Of a stretch of DNA of 64,000 nucleotides, positions 57,754-64,000 are shown piece after piece. The stretch spans positions 1,319 to 65,318 of the forward strand of contig JAUYKA010000017.1 in assembly GCA_030698495.1 (NCBI GenBank), written 5' to 3'. The DNA is from a bacterium (GTDB taxonomy: Bacteria; Patescibacteriota; Andersenbacteria; UBA10190). The notes under the pieces are model-generated. The model ran no database searches, had not been told where the DNA came from, and saw only the letters and a list, made by a program, of their open reading frames with translations. The position numbers were made by a program, and so were the translations under genes. Numbering within the stretch: position 1 is the first letter of the stretch; each line of letters opens with the position of its first letter.

Positions 57754-57913
57754 TTGTCGTCTCCTTCAAACAAAAGAACACCAAAAATACCAACGTATGA
57801 TGTAGTATGATATTCTCATATATTTCCGTCAAATTAAAAATGTGGATAACTAATCCATCGCTCCATAATAATCAGCAATCCACAATAACCACCTATATGA
57901 TACACTTAATTAC

Positions 57914-58729
57914 ATGTCTCGCCCTTATCTATCCGTAGTTATCCCATCTTTCCGACAAGTTGACACTATTGTTCACGATCTTAACCGTCTTAACCATCTG
58001 GTAAAGCGTCTGGTGCCGTCACACGAACTAATCCTGGTTATCGACGGTAACGAAGACGGAACACTAACTAAAGTAAGACAACTCCACTGGCCAGAACTAA
58101 AAATTGAGTGTTTTCACCGCAATCAGGGCAAGGGCGCCGCTCTGCGTCACGGCCTTAACCGCTCGCAGGGCCAGATCGTCGCGTTCATCGATGCCGGCTC
58201 GGACATATCCGCCGCGTCGCTTGAGGTCATGCTGGCGCTCTTGAAACTCTACCGGGCCGATATGGTTATCGGCTCCAAACGGCATCCGTTATCAGAGGTC
58301 AACTACCCTCGCCTGCGGCGCGTCTATAGCTTCGGGTATCAGTTACTAAATCGATTGCTATTCCGCTTACGCGTTCACGACACGCAAGTGGGCTTAAAAC
58401 TGTGCCGCCGCGAAGTGCTGGCCACCGTCCTGCCACGCATTGTCGTTAAGAAATTCGCTTTTGATCTGGAGCTTTTGGTAGTGGCTCATCATCTCGGCTT
58501 TCGCCGTATCGTGGAAGCACCGGTAAAAATAGATTATAACTTTTCCAGTACTATCGGCGTCAGCGCCGTGTGGCGCACCTTCTGGGATACACTGGCCATT
58601 TTCTACCGCTTAAGAATTATCCATTGGTATGACCGCCCAGTGCGCTCGCTGCCCACCCCCGTTCAACCCGCTACCGGTGTCATCATCCACCATGACACCC
58701 CCTCCCTTCACGAAAAAGTTCAAATCTGA
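57914..58729 (+). CDS. GT2 glycosyltransferase (Dol-P-Man synthase-like)
   Basis: LSVVIPS; VIDG..DGT; NQGKG.A; FIDA; DTQVGLK; FDLELL. Confidence 0.9.
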   Translation: MSRPYLSVVIPSFRQVDTIVHDLNRLNHLVKRLVPSHELILVIDGNEDGTLTKVRQLHWPELKIECFHRNQGKGAALRHGLNRSQGQIVAFIDAGSDISAASLEVMLALLKLYRADMVIGSKRHPLSEVNYPRLRRVYSFGYQLLNRLLFRLRVHDTQVGLKLCRREVLATVLPRIVVKKFAFDLELLVVAHHLGFRRIVEAPVKIDYNFSSTIGVSAVWRTFWDTLAIFYRLRIIHWYDRPVRSLPTPVQPATGVIIHHDTPSLHEKVQI

Positions 58730-60431
58730 CATTAGTGCGCTCCTCAAACGCTTCTGGCCATATCTCGTTCTCCTAGGATTTGGCCTAGTTGTCGTCTGGC
58801 CATGGTTTAGCCAACGCGGATTTTTATTTTTACTAGACTTTGTCTCGCCGCCCCAGCTCATCCGCCCGCCCGCCCCGTGGCAGGCCGCTTACCTAAGCGG
58901 CCTGCCCTACCGTTGGCTGGCTTGGGCTATGAGTCATTTCCTCACCACGGCTACCACCCTAAAGCTATTATTTTCTCTTCCTCTGTTTCTGGCCGGCATA
59001 TCCATGTATCAGTTATGCCGCCATGTTCTGCGCGGCACCGCTGACTGGCCAGCACTATCCGCGCTTATCGCCGGCGTATTCTACACCTATAGCCCGTTTG
59101 TTATCACGCGGGTATTTATGGGACATGTTTTTCTGCTCTATGGTTATGCGCTGGTCCCCTGGGCCTTGCTGGCCTGGATTAAGTTTCAGCAGCGTGCTAC
59201 AACGCGCCGCGGCCTCTATACCAGCCTGGCGCTTGCCGCCACCGTCCTAGTCAGTATCCACTATTTCATTCTTGCACCCTTATTACTGCTATTTTTTCTC
59301 CGCCTCCCCCGACGAAAAAATTCCCAGACTTTCCTCCCTTGGCTGTATCTGGCGCTGCCGGTTTCAGCCGTAATTGCTTTCTCTTTTATACTCTATCGCT
59401 ACATCCCTTTCCCCCAACTTAACCCGGTGGGTCCGTGGGCACGGGCACTTTTGGCCCCCTACTCCGGCTCCTATATTTTTGACGTGCTCAATTTATCCGC
59501 CACTTGGAAAATAGATCTTCCCTTCCTTCTTTCCTGGGAGCTGCGGCCCGGCTTCGGCCTGGTATCGGCCGTACTGCTTGCCGTTATGACCGGAGGTTTC
59601 TTTTGGATGCGGCGCCTGCCATCCACCCGTTGGATTTCTTACCGGCTTATCCTCACTATCTTCGTCGGACTCTTTCTGGCTGTCGGCGTCGCCCAGCCCG
59701 TCACCGCGCCTGTCGCCGCCTGGCTCTATCAACACGTACCCTTTTGGCTAGGACTGCGCGACTCTGCCAAATTCATCTCTCTCATCGCCCTAGCCGAAAG
59801 TATTTTACTGGCCGCTGGCATCTGCGCCTTAAGTGCTGTCTGGTCCCGCGCCAGGCGCAAGCAAGTCACCTTCCTGGCGCCTGCCATTGTCTCTTTGCTT
59901 GTCCTGTACCTTTCTTCCGCCGCCTTTTATGGCTTTGGCAATCAACTACATCCACTTTCCTACCCCGCCAGTTGGCAGCAAGCGCAAGCTTGGTTCTCTG
60001 CCAACCACCAGGCGCCGCCCCGGACGCTGTTTCTACCATGGCACATGTACTTGCCTTTTTCCTTTACCAATTACCGCACCATTGCCAACCCCGCCCGATT
60101 GTACTTTACCGGCGCTGACATGATTTCTGGCAACAGCAATGAAGTTGGCGGTACCTTTGGCCGGCCGTTTATCTACGCGGAAAACACCGATGCCACGCAT
60201 CAGTACCTGCAAAAAGCGCTATCAGACAGTCCTTCGCGTGACGACTTTGGCACCCGTTTGGCGCCGCTCTGCATCCAATATGTCATGTTAGCCACCGACA
60301 CCCTCGATGCTGCCGACTATAATTTTCTTTACCGTCAAAAAGATCTGGAAATTGTCTTCTCTCAACCTAATCTCACAATCTGGCGTAACAAGACCCAAGC
60401 TACCGATCAATGTTCGCCGCCACCAAGTTGA
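58692..60431 (+). CDS. Multi-TM GT-C-like membrane protein
   Basis: About 12 TM segments, SPF...GH..YAL.P, LRDSAKF, periplasmic C-terminal domain; follows the GT2. Confidence 0.65.
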   Translation: MTPPPFTKKFKSDISALLKRFWPYLVLLGFGLVVVWPWFSQRGFLFLLDFVSPPQLIRPPAPWQAAYLSGLPYRWLAWAMSHFLTTATTLKLLFSLPLFLAGISMYQLCRHVLRGTADWPALSALIAGVFYTYSPFVITRVFMGHVFLLYGYALVPWALLAWIKFQQRATTRRGLYTSLALAATVLVSIHYFILAPLLLLFFLRLPRRKNSQTFLPWLYLALPVSAVIAFSFILYRYIPFPQLNPVGPWARALLAPYSGSYIFDVLNLSATWKIDLPFLLSWELRPGFGLVSAVLLAVMTGGFFWMRRLPSTRWISYRLILTIFVGLFLAVGVAQPVTAPVAAWLYQHVPFWLGLRDSAKFISLIALAESILLAAGICALSAVWSRARRKQVTFLAPAIVSLLVLYLSSAAFYGFGNQLHPLSYPASWQQAQAWFSANHQAPPRTLFLPWHMYLPFSFTNYRTIANPARLYFTGADMISGNSNEVGGTFGRPFIYAENTDATHQYLQKALSDSPSRDDFGTRLAPLCIQYVMLATDTLDAADYNFLYRQKDLEIVFSQPNLTIWRNKTQATDQCSPPPS

Positions 60432-60503
60432 GTATATTACGCTCAATCCAAAACATGAGCGCTCTTGCGCTCATGTTTTTCGTTTCAAACCAATCAACTG
60501 TTC

Positions 60504-61127
60504 CTATGTTCCACCGCCACTGCTACTACTGCTACTACTACTGCTTCCGCCGCCTCCGCCGCCTCCGCCGGCACCACCATCGGCAGTGTTAGCTAAACCG
60601 GCCAAGCCAATAGCGTTGCCAGCCAGGGTCTTGAAATTGTCACGAGAACACACTTTAACGGTAGAGTTTTGCTGGATGGAACGCCCAATGGCGGTGTTGT
60701 ATTGAGCCGCCGTGAGTCTCAAGCTGCGAAACTTACCAGCCGCATATTCTACAGACATTACCCGATCCGACAAGCTGTTTACACGCACGCTGTTCATGCA
60801 CTTAACTTTGCCAGTCGCCGCTGCCACGGTTGTCGCTGCTCCCGAACTGGCAGAAGTGACTGCTCTAGTGAACTTACTGGTGTCGGGAATGAAACGGCCT
60901 CGCTGTTGGTGCCACTTCATAGCATCAACCAGCTGTTGGAAATTTTTGTAGTGGCCGGTCACTACACCCTCTGCCCAACCGGTCCAGTTAGTAGGGTTAA
61001 CTGTAATACCCGCCTCACGCATCGCACTATTAATACGAGTAAACAATGGCGCCGCGCTTGCTAGAGGAACCCCTATAATTAATACACCAACTAATACCAC
61101 TATAGTTGTTAGATGTAGTTTTTTCAT
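60504..61127 (-). CDS. Secreted protein with a Gly/Ser low-complexity tail
   Basis: AAGGAGG RBS; signal peptide (..PLASA); C-terminal G/S runs. Confidence 0.75.
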   Translation of the reverse strand: MKKLHLTTIVVLVGVLIIGVPLASAAPLFTRINSAMREAGITVNPTNWTGWAEGVVTGHYKNFQQLVDAMKWHQQRGRFIPDTSKFTRAVTSASSGAATTVAAATGKVKCMNSVRVNSLSDRVMSVEYAAGKFRSLRLTAAQYNTAIGRSIQQNSTVKVCSRDNFKTLAGNAIGLAGLANTADGGAGGGGGGGGSSSSSSSSSGGGT

Positions 61128-61273
61128 ATGACACCTCCTTTAAAAAGTTATAGTTATTATTAAGAATTATTTTGTCTGGTTTATTATAGCACACTTGCGA
61201 GAGTAAAAAATATGTAATTTCAATCTTTCTTTTCCACAGCCGAAAATGATCAACTATCAGCTATTCTATAACA

Positions 61274-62572
61274 ATGGCTGTTAAACCTATCACCACTTTG
61301 TTTTTACTTAAATCAAGCGCTGTTATTATGATCGGCTCCTTGATTACGGGTGTCATCAATTACCTTTTCACTATTGTCATGGCCCGTTTACTGTCACCCG
61401 AATCATTTGGCAGTGTTGCCTCCTTGCTTTCCTGGATCGCCATTCTAGGTTTTCCCGCCAGCGTTATTTCTATGCATATGGCCAGACAGACTGCTATTTT
61501 CTTAACTTCTCATGAACGGCAACGTCTCCAAGAGCTATCCCGTAAAATTAATTTTGTCTCTTTCTTAGGAATCATCATCCTCTCTGTTATTCTGGTAACT
61601 GTCCACTATACTGGCTTTTTCCCCGAAGATTGGACTTTTAATTACGTCCTACTCATCTCCATCATCATCGGTTTTTCTCTGCTAACGGCTGTCAATAGTG
61701 GCCTATTGCATGGCTCGCAATATTTCTTCCGATTATCCTTATTAGCACTTATCGCCGCCCTCCTTAAATTCTTTCTAGCAGGCATTCTCGTTGCCAATGG
61801 CTATGACGTTTATGGCGTCGTTGTCGCCCTGGCTGCCAGTAGTGCTATTTCATATATTTTCAGCCTATGGTTAACCCGCCGCTTATTTTGGTCATCTCCA
61901 GCACAAGCAGCCTCCGAAGCATTAATTAAAACGCCGGGAGGCAGTTCTCAATATCTACCCTATATTTTCACTGCCTTGTTCCTTCTCCTCCTTTTACAAA
62001 ACATTGACATTATCCTGGCCAAGCACTGGTTAGATGCCGCCGCCGGTTACTACGCCGTCTTATCAACCGCCGGTAAGGTTATTGTTTTCGGAACTGCGGC
62101 TATCAGCGGTGTCGTATTCCCCTCCGCTGCCCAAACCGCTGCTTCCGGCTCCGGCCAGGAAAAACGTATTTTAAAAATTTCTATGTCCACTATTATGTTG
62201 ATTGTTATCGGCACTGTCGGTTTATACCTTATCATACCGGAAAAAATTATCACCACCATTTTCGGTAGTGACTATCTTCCCGCGGCTTCTCATTTGGGAC
62301 ATATAGGCATTATCGCCAGCCTGTGGGCTATCATCCAGCTCTATGTCCGTCTACTACTGGCTAAGGGTAACCGTGCGTTCTTAATACCTTTGTTCTTACT
62401 AATAGCAGCTGAAGTAGCCGGTATTTCTATCTGGCATCAAAGTATCGCCTCTATCCTATTAGTCTTATTCATTACCGGCGCCGCTCTCACCCTTAGCCTA
62501 GCCTTCATTTATCAACGCACTATCTTTACTAAGCCACAACCCGTCCTGCCACCTAATAATTTAGCAATTTAA
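61274..62572 (+). CDS. Wzx-like oligosaccharide flippase
   Basis: MARLLSPESFG; NIDIILAKH...AGYYA; about 12 TM segments. Confidence 0.85.
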   Translation: MAVKPITTLFLLKSSAVIMIGSLITGVINYLFTIVMARLLSPESFGSVASLLSWIAILGFPASVISMHMARQTAIFLTSHERQRLQELSRKINFVSFLGIIILSVILVTVHYTGFFPEDWTFNYVLLISIIIGFSLLTAVNSGLLHGSQYFFRLSLLALIAALLKFFLAGILVANGYDVYGVVVALAASSAISYIFSLWLTRRLFWSSPAQAASEALIKTPGGSSQYLPYIFTALFLLLLLQNIDIILAKHWLDAAAGYYAVLSTAGKVIVFGTAAISGVVFPSAAQTAASGSGQEKRILKISMSTIMLIVIGTVGLYLIIPEKIITTIFGSDYLPAASHLGHIGIIASLWAIIQLYVRLLLAKGNRAFLIPLFLLIAAEVAGISIWHQSIASILLVLFITGAALTLSLAFIYQRTIFTKPQPVLPPNNLAI

Positions 62573-62574
62573 CA

Positions 62575-63678
62575 ATGCGTATTCTATTCCTCAATTGGCG
62601 CGATACCAGCCACCCCAAAGCCGGTGGCGCGGAACAACTGACCGAAAACATCGCTGCCGAACTTGCCCGCCGTGACCACCAAGTTACTCTTCTCTGTCCC
62701 TCCTTCCCAGGCTGCCGACCAGAAGAAAATAAACGCGGTTACCGTGTTATCCGCCACGGCCATCAGATCACCGTCCGCTTCCACGCCTGGCGCTTGTGGC
62801 AGAAAGAATTTCGCCGTCATCGTAACTCCATTTGCGTTGATCAAATCCACGGTTTGCCTTTCTTTACCCCTTTTTATTCTCATCGCCACACACTAGCATT
62901 CATTCACGAAGTGGCTGGACAATGCTGGGAATATAACTTTCCCTTTCCTCTTAGCACTATCGGCAAAATAGCTGAAAAAACGTGGCTACAATTATACCGT
63001 CGCACTCCATTCATTACTGTATCTCAATCAACCAAACAAGAACTTATTGACGCGGGAATACCAGAACATGCCATAAGCATCATCCCGGAATCAGTCGATA
63101 TAGCTCCGTTACCCTCACCAATATTTCATAAATCTGATCCAATAGTTACGTCCTTAGGACGAATTGCGCCTATTAAGAATATAGGTGACACTATCAAAGC
63201 TTGCTTGCTTCTTCGGAAGACTTTTCCGAACATAAAACTATGGATTATCGGATCCGGCCATGGCCGTTACTATCAGGACATCATCAAAATGGCCGAGCAA
63301 CACCCCGACTTTATAACCGTGTGGGGATACGTTAACGATACAAAAAAAATTGAGCTGCTTTCCCGATCGAAAATATTGACGTCTACTTCCCACAAAGAAG
63401 GCTACGGCCTCAACATTATCGAAGCTGCCGCCTGCGGCGTGCCGTCAGTGGCGTACAATGTCGGCGGCCTCCGCGAAGCCATTATCAACAACCAAACAGG
63501 CCTGCTAACCGATCAAAACACGCCGGTAGATCTCGCCCGTAAATTAGAAAAACTTCTGACAAACGACGATCTATATCAAACCCTCGCCCGGAAGGCCTGG
63601 CAGCGTAGCCACGATTTCTCCTCTCAAAAAACCGCTGACGCGTTTGAGAAAAACATTCGGCAACTAAATCTCTCTTGA
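62575..63678 (+). CDS. GT4 glycosyltransferase
   Basis: WRDTSHPKAGGAE; GRIAPIK; EGYGLNIIEAAACGVP. Confidence 0.92.
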   Translation: MRILFLNWRDTSHPKAGGAEQLTENIAAELARRDHQVTLLCPSFPGCRPEENKRGYRVIRHGHQITVRFHAWRLWQKEFRRHRNSICVDQIHGLPFFTPFYSHRHTLAFIHEVAGQCWEYNFPFPLSTIGKIAEKTWLQLYRRTPFITVSQSTKQELIDAGIPEHAISIIPESVDIAPLPSPIFHKSDPIVTSLGRIAPIKNIGDTIKACLLLRKTFPNIKLWIIGSGHGRYYQDIIKMAEQHPDFITVWGYVNDTKKIELLSRSKILTSTSHKEGYGLNIIEAAACGVPSVAYNVGGLREAIINNQTGLLTDQNTPVDLARKLEKLLTNDDLYQTLARKAWQRSHDFSSQKTADAFEKNIRQLNLS

Positions 63679-63732
63679 CCATGAAATATCGTCTGATGTA
63701 CATTAACAGCAGTAATTCACTTTTGATACCTT

Positions 63733-64000
63733 ATGGTTAAAAAACTGAATCCTATAATAGTACGGGACAAGCTGGTTGAACGCGGCCTAATTATTTTTAC
63801 GCCACAGGAATTTCGTACCCTGTTTGGCGTCTCAACCGGAGCCGCCCGCAAGTTTATTCATAGTTACACAAAAAAGAGCCTATTTATGAAATTACGCAAC
63901 GGCCTCTATACGTTGAACGAAAAACAACCATCGCCGTACGTAATTGCCAATAAACTGTACCAACCATCCTATATTTCCCTAGAAACCGCTTTGTCGTTCC
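63733..64000 (+). CDS. Partial type IV TA antitoxin (AbiEi-like)
   Basis: MVKKLN...KLRNGLY...IANKLYQPSYISLETALSF, running off the window. Confidence 0.75.
   Translation, partial: MVKKLNPIIVRDKLVERGLIIFTPQEFRTLFGVSTGAARKFIHSYTKKSLFMKLRNGLYTLNEKQPSPYVIANKLYQPSYISLETALSF

Overview
Bacterial chromosomal window with mostly minus-strand genes and a visibly C-rich + strand. The gene content and repeat style suggest a Patescibacteria/CPR (Parcubacteria-like) genome; this is an inference, not a database result. Main coding content: partial PepA-like aminopeptidase, class II RNR (nrdJ), GH1 plus a second glycoside hydrolase, an alternative sigma70, EF-P with an atypical loop, a scattered nonulosonic-acid cluster (NeuA-like, NeuB-TIM fusion, YhcH, SDR, AKR), malic enzyme, DsbA/VKOR, a beta-CASP RNase, a UvrD-nuclease fusion, lgt, MscS, an ArsR-YHS-led copper operon, RadC, a complete F1Fo ATP synthase operon, msrB with a truncated msrA, glycosyltransferases with a flippase, and a partial AbiEi antitoxin. 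I saw no rRNA, tRNA, CRISPR array or transposase. The most striking signal is non-coding. Four same-strand copies (493-713, 1909-2078, 8466-8630, 11087-11254) form a ~165-220 nt three-way junction with conserved junction and loop bases and stems kept by compensatory and G-U changes; each lies just past the 3' end of a minus-strand gene. Several other palindromic families and 7-/9-mer inverted arrays nest inside each other and insert in-frame into genes.
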